Source of the DNA: Azolla caroliniana
Taxonomy: Eukaryota; Plantae; Polypodiophyta
Assembly (NCBI GenBank): GCA_043228905.1
Contig: JBHGNT010000011.1
Span: 21,080,001-21,144,000 of the forward strand
Length of the DNA: 64,000 nucleotides
Reading direction: 5' to 3'
Shown here: piece by piece, positions 52,316 through 64,000 of the stretch
How the letters are laid out: each line of letters begins with the position of its first letter
How positions within the stretch are numbered: the stretch's first letter is position 1
The notes under the pieces: generated by a model
Databases searched by the model: none
Told to the model about the DNA's origin: nothing
Seen by the model: only the letters and a program-made list of their open reading frames with translations
Program-made: the position numbers and the translations under genes

Positions 52316-52970
52316 ATGGCTGTTTCCCTCTTCGGACGTGGCAATCGTAGAGCTTCAGATGATCCCCTTGATTCCTTCTTCTCCGATTCCCTCTTCTTCC
52401 CCTCTTTCCCAACCTCCTCTTCCTGGGCCATCTCTTCTTTCCCTGATCATCCTGGCTTCGCACGTGATGTTGCAGCTGTAGCCAACACGCAGGTGGATTG
52501 GAAGGAGACCGCCGATGCCCACATCTTCAAGGCTAACTTACCTGGTAATTTATTCCTTCCTGGATGCTAGATTTGGAAGTTTTTAATTTTAAGGCAGTTT
52601 GCTATTCTTCAGACTTCTGTCTTCTATTTTGTCTGAGGCGGTTCCTAACCCTGCTGTTGTTTGTTGCTGCCACAATAACCATAATTTAGGGCTGAGCAAG
52701 CAGGAAGTGAAGGTGCAAGTGGAGGATGGGCGTGTTTTGCAAATCAGTGGAGAGCGTAAGAAAGAAGAGACAAAGTCTTCAGATAGATGGCACCGGGTCG
52801 AGCGCTCCCAGGGGAGCTTCCTCCGACGCTTCAAGCTCCCTGAGAACACTAAGTTGGAAGAGGTGCAGGCAGCCATGGAGAACGGTGTGCTCACTGTTAC
52901 TGTTCCCAAGGCTGCACCACCTGAACCGAAATCTACTGTCCGTTCTATAGATATATCTGGTTTAAGTTGA
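52316..52970 (+). CDS. Small heat-shock protein, cytosolic class I-like (HSP17/18), 169 aa; exons 52316-52544 and 52690-52970
   Basis: [18 protein letters not shown]|[22 protein letters not shown]...[20 protein letters not shown]...[13 protein letters not shown]...SIDIS, with a phase-1 GT-AG intron. Confidence 0.93.
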
Positions 52971-53042
52971 TATAGAAAGCCACCAGCGTTTGTAGATCAT
53001 GTGGTTGCTCAGAAGCAAGTTCAGTCACTAGTGACAGTAATG

Positions 53043-53147
53043 CTTATTTTGCAATATGGTCAAATGCATTCTGAATGTCTTATTTTGCAATATGGTCAAA
53101 TGCATTCTGAATGTCTTATTTTGCAACAAGGTCAAACGCATTCTGAG
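53043..53147. repeat. ~36-bp tandem repeat x3 in the sHSP 3' region
   Basis: cttattttgcaatatggtcaaatgcattctgaatgt is repeated. Confidence 0.8.
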
Positions 53148-55345
53148 TGAATGTAAGTATACATCTAAACAGGATCAGTCTGTAATGGTGGCACTGCCTA
53201 TTATGTAACAGGATCAAATGCATTTTGGAAATGTAAAAGTCAGATTTTTGTCTTAATCTTGTCTAGTGTATCATGGAATTTATCTTAATCTTGTCTGGTG
53301 TGCAATATTGATTGGTATCATGTAGTTGCTCAGAAACAAGTTCTATGACTAGTCGCAATAGCTCTTGTTTTTCAACAGGATCTAATATAAATCTAAAGAG
53401 GATCAGCCGATAATGGATTATGTAAATGGAGTAAATGCATAATTGCATCTATAAAAAAGTCTTGTCTAGTGCATCATGAGATTCATATTAATCTCGCCTG
53501 GTGTCAAACATGGATTGAAAATATTTTTCGAATTTTTAAATCCTCCATTGGTCTCTCTAAATTGTCTTGGAATTGGTGAATATGAAAGCAAAACAATGAT
53601 ATTCCTCCTCAAAATGAATCTTACCGCACATCTCTTTATTGTGCTTTAGTCTTTGTACTTTTCTCACTGTCACTCCTTGCTTCCTACCCGCTGATAAATA
53701 TGAAGGTTGTGTGCATGTCAATTAATCAGATTTTGAAGCTGAAGAAACTGGAAGTTCTCTTGGCTGATTGTTTAAATCAGTAGATGGATATCGATGTGGC
53801 ATGGTATACATGTTAAACAAGGTGGACAGAATGTTTTGAAGCTCAAGATACAGGAAATTGTCTTTGCTCAGCAGCTTACTGAGAGAATCAGCTCCTTACG
53901 TGTGAACTGCTTGAGATGTGAAGATATATTCTTCTGCTCAAGATAGTTGAATTCTTTCACTCTTCCCATGATGTGTGATCTGCATATGCAGTATGCAATG
54001 GCTGTTGATTCTCTGGTTGGAAGCGATGATCCAACCACGGTTATTGTATCATTCATGTGAGGATGGATGAGGAGGTTCAGATTGACATCTATTAGTGTTG
54101 GTGAATATCTGGGGATCCTTGTTGCTGCTGTAGAAATGTTTCTACTGCATGAAAGAGTTGAATTTTTGGTTCCGAACCATTCAAGTTGAGGTCACCATTG
54201 CCAGGCAAAAGAGTTTATCATTGAAGTTGAGTGAGGGTGCCATAACCATGCCAAGAGTCGAAACGACTGGGTAAGATCTGCAAAGTTGAGGTTACCATTA
54301 CCATTCTCAGACCTGCATTCGCAAGTTGAGATTACCAGTTTCAAGCTTCCCATCATCACAACCTTCTTCCCAGACGAAAAAGAACGCAAATTGTGATATA
54401 AAGCTTCTTTCAAAGTTGCAGTATTGGTCTATAGTTTTTATCTTCTAAAAGAATTGCCATGGTATAGAGACATTGCCATACAGGGAATCAGTTACAACTA
54501 AATGCGCCAATGCCAAGAGCTGTTTTCCTATGCCCAAACTCTTCCTAATTATATGTACCATAACTGTCTAGCCACTCTTTACACGTTATGAATTGGCATG
54601 TCAAAAGCAACAACCTTATATCTAACAGAATTGGCCATGGAGGACATTATTGTCCAGAAGAATCCAAAGAACGTAGGTTGGTTGCTTTGCTTAGCCAATA
54701 GCTATTGATGATGATCAATGATCTCCAAAACCATGGGCTACGAACAAATTATTATTTGAAACATGCATGGGATCATATACATATATATATGTCAGTCTCC
54801 CAAGTTTCCAAATGTTGGGCGGCCTTTGCTCCAATGGATGTGGCCAAAACAAAATATATCATGTTTACTTTCATGAATGCAAGTACATGCCTGCCTATCT
54901 AGGCATTATAGTGGCATCATTCCGATCTTGACATTCTTGCATTCAGAAGACCATATCTGGATGTGGATTGAGAGTGATCACTTATATGTACTCTTAAGGC
55001 TAGTTTTTCATGTCACCCATCAAGTTAATACCATGTCTAAATGTATATTGGGAGTGACTCTGAGGTTGGCTTTTCACATCATCCACTAAGTTATATATGT
55101 ACTTGGTCACACTAGAGTATGAAACCATGTTGCATCAAACTTCTTGCACAATGTTGATTCAAACTCCATAATGTTGTAATACATCATTCCAAACTGAAAT
55201 TGCCTTCCCATACACGCTTTCATCCGGGTCCCCAAGGTATGGCGATCAAATCAATTATGTGCACATTCATCTGCTGCCGAAGAAGTTTTAGCCGCACAAT
55301 GGAAGGTAGCTCGAGTCAAGCAAAATGATGTGAAACAAATATTTT

Positions 55346-58300
55346 TCATAGATCAAAGCTAACACTATGATAGTGGAAAACATTTGAAGTTGTGTCTCTG
55401 CCATAAACTCGTGTATGCTTTTGACACTCCCTTGCAACCTCTTTTTGCATGCTTTGTGGACCAGATACCAATACTCCAATGTTCTTCCCTTGGTGTTCTT
55501 TGTTCAAGCCATTAAATATGTCTACAAAAGGAAAGACAAAGTATTTCGAATACTTTCAATGAAAACCTAATGTAGGATTGCAGGTTCACAATATTTGTTC
55601 TTTGAGATATATCCTTGTATTCCTTGATTGATGTGTAGTTAAAGTATCTAGTATTGGAAGCATAATATTGAAATAAATTATCTTTACCATTCCAATGTGG
55701 CCGAGAACACAGTTGTTGTCGAGTTCCTTTCCATGGGTGGTCAACGTATAGATCAAGGTTCTCCTTGTCAGAGAAACTACAAAGCTTTAAATAATTTGAT
55801 TTAGTGCCCAAGGATGTCCCATAGAACCACCAAATCAGAATAATTGCACCTCCAAATACAGTTGTCCCAAATATCATGCTTGTTATAACTATGTGAGCAC
55901 GATGATAGTTGGCGAAGAGAGAATGGGCACCTTTTATAAGAACAACGTTTGTTGTGCCCCAAAATGCATAAAACCCTAGTACGGATGCAAACGTCATCGA
56001 TGCTACCCAAGCAGAACTCCCTGTCGCACCAATATGGAAGGGTCCTTGTGTCTTTCTATGTACAATTGATGATGAATACAAATCTAGGTTCGGTGACACT
56101 ATCTCCTGTTCTCTTTCCAATATTTCTGGCATGAAATTGATTGTTCTCCTCTTAGGTGTGTCATCGTTGTAGATGAAGTCTAGTGAAGATGTAGAAGTTA
56201 CATATGTGAAGATGTGTAAAGCCAATTCACCATTTGATGTGGTATGCTCGTTATGTTCTCTCAAGATATTCAAAATGCAAAGCTCTTCCTGTTTTCTAAC
56301 ACAATAATAGAGTTTGATACAAGTTGGTAAATCGCTTTCTTGTTTCCTATGTATGATATCTTGGATGATGGCAAGAAGGGGGGTGATGCCAATACCACCA
56401 CCAATTAGGATAAGTGTTTCATACCTATGAGACAAAATACATAAGTTGTGAGTGTTTTTGAGTTTAGAACAACGTGATTTAGAAAGAACAAGGAAACTAT
56501 TTATGTAAACAACATTATATTTTGTGAACTCTTCTATGCGTCTAGAGACTACCTAAGAAAGAAGTTTGATTCATCTCCATATGGACCCTCCATCCCTGCC
56601 TTGAAAGAGAAAGGACAATGATGAGAAGAAGCTACAGTTTGTTTACCATCTTGGCACAACATTTGAGAAGATTCTAGAAGGTGGTCCCTTAAGCTTCTTG
56701 TCCATTTGCCAAGAGGTTTAATGACAAATGATAGGTCTTGCCTATCATCCAACGGTGTTGATGCCATACTAAAAAAATGCCATTCCAAACTCATTAGCCT
56801 TGAGAGGCTTGGGAACCGTAGGTACCAACTGCTAAGTGCATGATATTCCAACCCTGTAAGCATCAGTCGAGTTACCACAAATGTTTGATTTATATCTATA
56901 AATCATTATTCGCATGTATGACATGAATTCTTGAAGTCCTCCGCAATACGACACATTATATGGGTAATATTAACTCTTTTGATTTCTAGCTTAAAAGTAA
57001 ATGATATATTCCTCAAATCATCAAAACATCAAGACTTAAAATACTCCCGTTTTAACAATGTATGCTTGGCAAGGTTACACCTCCTAATTACATTAACTTA
57101 TTACTGTATTTTCTTTTCGGTAGAAAGTTGGCATGTTTTAATTAGTCCTATCAAAATTAATTGGCTAATTACTTTCCTTAAACCCAGAGTAGTTTTACAA
57201 ATTTCCTCAAATACCCTTCCCTTTGTATTTCGAGATTCCCAAAACACTCACTCCCTCTTCAGGAAATTCTCGACTCTCTTTCTCTCATTACAACTGTTCA
57301 CTGTCTCAAAGAGAAGTTGTAGTGGAAACTAACTACATATAGCTACATACGTATATAGTTATATATATAAATATACACACATACACACACAGAGTTGTGA
57401 AGGCAGAGAGTTTTATATATCATGAAAAGGTGGGGCTCCTAAGCAGCCCTTAGTCCTTGGAATAATGTAGGGCCATCGAATTCATAATTTGACTCCCACA
57501 CACATGCTACAAGCCTCACAACCAAGTTAAGAAGAAATCCAGAGAGCACATGGCAAGCAAGTGAGGCTATACCTGATTGGAGACCGGGATGTCATTAGTT
57601 TAATGCACCTATGTGCTATGTGGTTTAGGAGAAGAAAATTATGAGAGAGACAGAGGGATATAATATAACTAGAGATAGGCCAGGGAATTAAGTTTGAGGG
57701 TAAATAAAGCCCAGATAGAGATAGTGAATTTGATTAATCACGGTGAGATTATTGACAATTGAGACTATCATCTTCTTACCGAGGCATATAGAATAGATAA
57801 TTTTCGATGATTTTGCTGAACCTGCTTACCTTGTTGAGTAGCAAGTCGAACTTGGAAGGCTCCAGAATTGTAGAACTTGACGGAGAGAACATCGATATTA
57901 GAGCGATGAGATTGGATATGTCTAAGGAAGCGATCGACGAAGAAGAGAAGGCAGGGCATTGCGATGAAGTGCACAGTCCATATCACATGGTATAGCCAGA
58001 AGAGCAAAAAGGCTATGTAGAGATGGTGTACGCCAAAGAAGAGTTCGTACCATTTCCTCCTTACACATGGCATGGATGTTAGCCCGATCACTAGACCTAT
58101 TACCAAGGCTACTAGCCCTGCCACAATTGAGCAGGACTCCCCCTCTGTTTCCCATCCTATTATCTGGCAAGATTCACACATCCACTCTTTTAGAATCTGG
58201 AATCTCTATGTTCTTCCCTTACTAGGATTTGTGAATGCTGTATGGCTATGCATTGCAAACAGAAAATGAATCCTGTATGCATTAGAAATAGAAGTAAATG

Positions 58301-59980
58301 CAGAGTATTACATGCTCTAATCTCCTCAACAACATAATATTAGAACCATAAACTTCTATGCGGATGTGCATGCACATAGAGCATTGCACATGCTCTAAGT
58401 ATCTCCTCAACAAACATGAATTAGAGCTTTTAAAACTTTAGATTTGGATGAAGAATCACTCGTAATGGAGAAACTTGTATAGATTACTAACCTTTTGGGT
58501 TCGGTGAGTGGCAACATAGTAAATGATATAACCGGTGCTGTGGAGAGTGAGCATGAAGAGAGTGAGTATAGACAACCATCTATGGTACTTCACAGCCTGC
58601 TCGAATGGTACGTTCATCAATCGTAAAAATGGAGAGCCTCTTGACACAGGGATCCACAATAAAGAGAATGGAATCATCGATGCTCTACCCATATAGTATG
58701 ATGCTCGAGCAATTCGAACTAGTTGCCTATTATTCACCCACAAAACTCTCGTTATGGTTTTTTTTTGTTTTTTTTTCTCCAAAAATATAGTTTTTTTTTT
58801 ATATTTATAAGCAACAACTCTGAAATGTGCCCCGAGCTCTTCATAATCTCGACAAATTCCCCTAAGTTTTCTTTATGGACGATCAAAATTCTAATTCTAA
58901 TTCTAATTATGTCTGCCAAATGATTCAAAGTTTTGGTTACTCCACGAAACACCGGGCAAACCATCACAAGAACGAAAAGTAAAGGGGGATGAATGGACCA
59001 TATTATGGCTCCTTCAGCGTTGAGTTGGTTAAGGGGCACCACGTGGAGAAATAGTGAAAATGTTAGGGGCATTGGAGAAATAAAGAAAACCCCGGAGCAA
59101 TATTTCATAGTTGCTTGGCCTTGTTGTTTTTTATACATACATACAGTAGGATGCAAGAAATATCATATATGATTTGTCTTACTTACCCTTTCGAATCATG
59201 TTGGGGTTTTGATTGTTGCAAGTAGGACCACATTAAAGTAGCAAAGCTAAATGTGACTAGCAATAGGACGCCCAAAATGCCAAGAACTTCGGCACTTGTC
59301 AATACTCCTAGAGGGCTGCTTGTAATGCATGGATATGTGGAGATGTTTGGCTTCACTTTAACACTTGATGTTCTTATAGGCCTACATATGAAATTACATT
59401 ATGTGTTTCTCATTAGAAGACATCCATAAACACTTCCATACCAATGTATCTTCTTACACATGATTTGGTTTGTTCTTTGAGCATAATACATACATTATAG
59501 AAATGGAAGCTTAAAAATGAACAACATACTTGGTTTTAATCTTTCGTAGCTCGATGATTGCAAAGGCAAAGATGGCCATGATTACAAGTGGAAGTGATTG
59601 ATAGAGGAAAGCTGACCCTGTGCATTATGAACTCATATTAGTTATATTCATGGGGATATGTACACAACTTACACACATCATCAGAATATAGTGATACTAA
59701 CGATGATTGCATGCAAGCACATGTGTCATTATTTACTCTAGATGAAGCTTGGGGAGCATGAAATACCATAGTATCCATCAGTTCGGAAGAATGTAGAGCC
59801 AAGATGAGTGCCAAAGAGCTTGTCGAGGAGATACGTGGAGTCATTATTAGGGTTGGTGGAAGTAATCCATAACAAAAGCCACACTAGGGAGGATAGAGAG
59901 ATGGATGCGACAGAGACGTAATGAGCTATATTGATGGAAATGATCATGAGAGAAGAGAGTTTTCGCAGCTTAATTGACAT
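55346..59980 (-). CDS. FRO: Ferric reduction oxidase (ferric-chelate reductase), 8 exons
   Basis: PVSRGSPFLRLMNVPFEQAVKYHRWL. Four heme His (YHRW, LHST, HHLY, YHV). FAD site EWHFFS, MEGPYG, NADPH site LIGGGIGITP, GVLVSGP and C-terminus HSVSFDL. The start Met is uncertain. Confidence 0.92.
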
Positions 59981-61398
59981 TAGAATCTATGTTGGTCTCG
60001 GTGTTTTACTCTAAACAGACAGAACCCATTGTGTTTGAAAGTAGGAAGGTGAAAGCAAAGCCTAATATAATAGCTATTCTATCTAACTTAAGGCTGAGGG
60101 TAGTGTACTATAGATCTTGTTCGCTGTATATATCTAAAGCACCATTACCTGATGATAAAAGGAAAGAAGAAATAGGAGGGAGGAAGGGAGTGCGTATATG
60201 CTTGAAAAGATGATGACATAGTGGAGAAAAAGTGTTGCCACAGTCTCTATTCATATGTCGTCATCACATTCTTCCCCAAAAAGTTATTTCTCTCTTGAAA
60301 ACGTTTCATTTTGGTTCCACTGGTAATATTTCGCTTCCCATGTGCAATAATAAAATCTCTACAAACAATCACTTTAATAATGGACATTTATCTACTGCAA
60401 AGAAATGTATTCTCAAAAAAAAGGCAAATGAACAGTATCCATTATTAATGGATAACATCATGAATTTGCAAATTATAGTATAGATCACCCCAAAATGAAT
60501 TTAAGTATGAATAAACTCTGCCATAACACATGAAGTAGGAACGAAGAAGCAACAGGCTTGATAGATTCACTTGGGGCTCAGTACATGAATGGGATTAGAT
60601 GAAAAAATCACCAACTAGCAATTACTGACTACATATATCCATCCTTAGGATTCAAATAAGATCTTTATCAAAGTGAGTCTGCCAGGATCTGCTTATTACA
60701 GACTTTCCAGGTGATCAAACGAAATCAACTGAGTGAATATATTAAAGCGTTCCTCATTCATCAATAAATTGTTAGCATTTCATTTGGGTTCCAAACATAG
60801 CAAAGGGTTGCATACGACCTATTGTATATCCAACCTCAGTATGGTCCTCTGTAATTAATACCTTACCACATAAATAGGCCCTGACCCTGCTCATTAAACC
60901 ACTCCATGTCGCACTTGCAATACATACCTGAATACCTAACACAAATTCCCATTTCATTATGAAATATTTTAAGAATCAGAGACTGGGTAGAATCATCGTC
61001 CATTTTTCAATGGAATTTTGAAAACAAAGACTTGTTCTTTCACTATTTCTTCATAATTGCATTGTAAGCCATTCCGGATGAAAATCTCACATGCGTTGCA
61101 TCACTTAAGTAGATGGTAACTTACGACTATTTCATCAGTAATCCCGAAACAGTGAAGACACAAGCTTATCAAACTTGATCATTTTGCATTTGCACAATGT
61201 TGAAAGCCAGTAAATTTTATCAATCTCTTCTGTTTTTGAAAGGTCCGCCCTAACGTAAATGAAACTTTTTCTTGTAAAGCGCAAATAGTGCCTTCGTAAA
61301 CCTTTTGCCATAATGAGACTGTATAATTTTTTCAAATGACAAAGCACCAAGATTGAATGCAATGCATTAAGTACAGGTTAAAAGGACACATTCTGGTA

Positions 61399-64000
61399 TC
61401 AAGACTGGTTACTCATGTTTTCTCGCAATGCCACAAGGCCTTTACCACAAAATGCCATCGCTTGTGCCTGTGGAAATACAAATTATTTTTTCATCAGCAT
61501 ATTTAATCACATGGAAAACAACTATGAAATAACTGAGTTTTCCTTTATTTAACAAATGCCCAAGGTTCTACTATGTCCCCAAAAAAGTACTGGTTTTTAT
61601 TGGTAATTTAATCAAAGAAAAAAACTCGGAAATACTCCCAAAATTTCCTTCATTTCCCCAAAATGCTGAGTTCAGTAATTTAATCCAGAGCGAACAAATT
61701 ATGAAGCATTAATTCTTTGAAAGTTCTTGGTCAACCCCAAAGATATTGCAATAATAAGAGCCTATTTGAGCCAAATCTAATGATAAAACAATCAACTTCT
61801 GTATAAAATAGTATCAGCAAAATCTATGATAGAACCATAATTTCAAACATCAGTAGTTACCATGGTGTTATCATCGAGTTCCTCAAAATCAAGCTCAATT
61901 AATCCACATTTATCATTAGTTCTGCCCTTGTCCTCACTCCGGTGGGAAGGTATAGAGTCTGCTTCCTTGGCCAATTTAGACCTGAGAGACCAAGATTTAT
62001 GAGCATATCACATACATCCATACCAAATATTTAACATTTCAATCACCTCTTAAGTAAAGATACAGATTCATCCCCGCCTTTTCTCTTCAAGGCCGACTTT
62101 GGGTTCATATTCTCTGTTACACCATGGATATTTACTTTGTGAATATACGCAGTCATAAACCTGTCTTGGATTTGAATCATGCATTTTCAAAAGATTGCAA
62201 ACACTCCTAATCATCTTTACATACCATTATTTGTATCAGCAAATCTTGCAAGGCAACGGATTCCTTGAGAGTGATATTTTGTAGTAACCTTCTCTGCATT
62301 GCTTTGCACATAAAAATACAGGTGAAATCCTTTTAAACAGATTAAATAATGGAATGATGGCTAAATATTATTATAGAAGAAAGATGCTTACCTTAAAATG
62401 GTTTTTAAACCCTTCAAAGAAACATGTTTAGCAGGTTTCTCTAAGTTCATGTCATGGGTGGTATCAAGAATATCTTGAGAGTGTTTTTGCTTTTGTATCA
62501 TACAAAATCCAGTTGCCAGATTCCTGCATCAAGAGAAGTAAAGGACAATAAAAATAAATCAATTTTTCTTGATTCAATGGTATTAGCCTTACCCCCCCTT
62601 AAGTTCTGCTCGCTTTGTTTTATATTTCTGCTGCATAGCCTGAAAAAGATAATGGTTAAGTGTATGCATTATAAAGCAGTTCAGAAACATTCATAGAAAT
62701 ACTCAATGGCCTGAACCTGAGGAGAGTCCTTACAGAGGCATGATAATTGCAGTATTCACCATGGCGCCTGAGGCAAATGTCATTTGTAGTTAAATTTACA
62801 TGACAATGAACATAATTTAGGACATAACAAGCAAAGAAATTTGCACAGGCATGACCGGAAACTAGCTTTCAATAAATTCTATAATATTGGAGTCCAGGAG
62901 TGATACAATTTCACTTTAAACTTTGATGTCATAGAAATGGTATAAACCCAGAAAACCAAAATATGCATTTAAAGCATCATTATTTAGGAATAGATGTTCT
63001 AAACCCAAAAAAAAAAACTGAAAGTATACCTATTCACCACAATTGAGCATGGGCTGCCATCCTTCCGTGAACCTTTACAAATACAGTAGTCAACTGAGGT
63101 TCCTAGCTTTACTAGTTGATCCCCCGTGAATATACTAAGACTTAATTCATTTCTCTGAAAAGCAAACAAGTCTCGTTAAATAAAATATTCTTAACCAGAA
63201 GACATTGGCAGTTTAAAGCAAAATTACCAACAAACAATAAAACTTACTTTGGCATCACGCCGGACTTTCGCATTTAAGACAGTAATTATGGAACCAGCTG
63301 ACTCCTTATAGTGTTGTGCATATGCATCTCCAAATAGAAATAGGGAAACAATGGTTGTGTCTAAAGAAGCAATCTTCCATATAGCAAAATTTTTACCAGT
63401 GGAACATACTTTAGGCATCCCTTTCTCAGCCAAAACACCGATGGTTGCCCATGAACCAGAGATTTTCTCACCCATTGCAGCAGTTCTAGATAAGAAAACA
63501 TCCAGAATGAAAAAGAAAAAAGTCAGTGTAATTGTCTTCACAAACAGATGGAGAAACGATCAAAACGAGCCACATAAGTCGGACAAATATCCCCAGATTA
63601 GAAGTAGTGTATATACCGACCCACCAAGAAGCAATTCCTTACTATGCTAAATTTCATATGATAAATCCTTTTTGAGCCTATGTGGAACTAATGCAATCAA
63701 TTACAATGGGAACATACGCATCTGCAACATATCTGATACAAATCCCCAAAAAACAGGAAGAAAAATGTGAAACGAGCTTTACAATAAGTTTCCATGTTTG
63801 TTCTGAATACAATGTCCAAATCAACACTTTGTGCCATTCCCAAGTCTCGATATTTTCTGTTCTTCAAATCAGACAGTTGATTCCATACCTTGGCTATCAG
63901 CTATAGAGCAAAGTAGGGGAAGTGAATTACCTAATGCCTTGAAGTGGTACAAATCGAAGATCTGAAAGAAGGTTGCTCGAAGAAGCACCTGAGACAACTC
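61399..64000 (-). CDS. MCM10: MCM10 replication factor, 3' part (5' exons lie beyond the window; last exons tentative)
   Basis: SDLRFVPL...GEKISGSWATIGVLAEKG...FAIWKI...SLFLFGDAY (OB fold) and KLGTSVDYCICKG..KDGSPC...N...GEYCNYH (CCCH zinc finger), followed by KRAELKGGNL. Confidence 0.88.

Noticed and set aside
52940-52970. Peroxisomal sHSP
   Set aside because: The C-terminus is -GLS, not an SKL-type PTS1.
2551-59980. UGT plus FRO as an iron/metabolic gene cluster
   Set aside because: They are ~38 kb apart, separated by unrelated housekeeping genes, with no other pathway enzymes present.

Overview
Eukaryotic land-plant nuclear DNA with spliceosomal introns. The transposon families suggest a non-seed plant such as a fern, which is an inference. 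Left 17.7 kb: a tandem duplication, each copy holding one intact two-exon UDP-glycosyltransferase (595 aa) plus a half-gene. The copies are separated by a 6.7-kb nest of Gypsy (tRNA-Trp primed) and Copia fragments and an L1 remnant. Centre: a 24-exon plastid PNPase gene whose three largest introns carry RTE-like LINE copies, one of them a GC-AG intron. Right: a duplicated FRO 3' fragment, a decayed MULE, TIM9, an intron-containing class I small HSP with a heat-shock element, an intact ferric reductase (FRO) and the 3' part of MCM10. Three signals stand out. (i) The sHSP gene lies in a 4.3-kb segment bounded by a 14-bp direct repeat and short inverted repeats, and an empty paralogous site is present in the same window. 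(ii) TIM9 and the MULE lie between ~2-kb direct repeats. (iii) The two UGT genes look identical over ~3 kb while their flanks have diverged ~4-5%. All alignments were done by eye, and no database searches were run.
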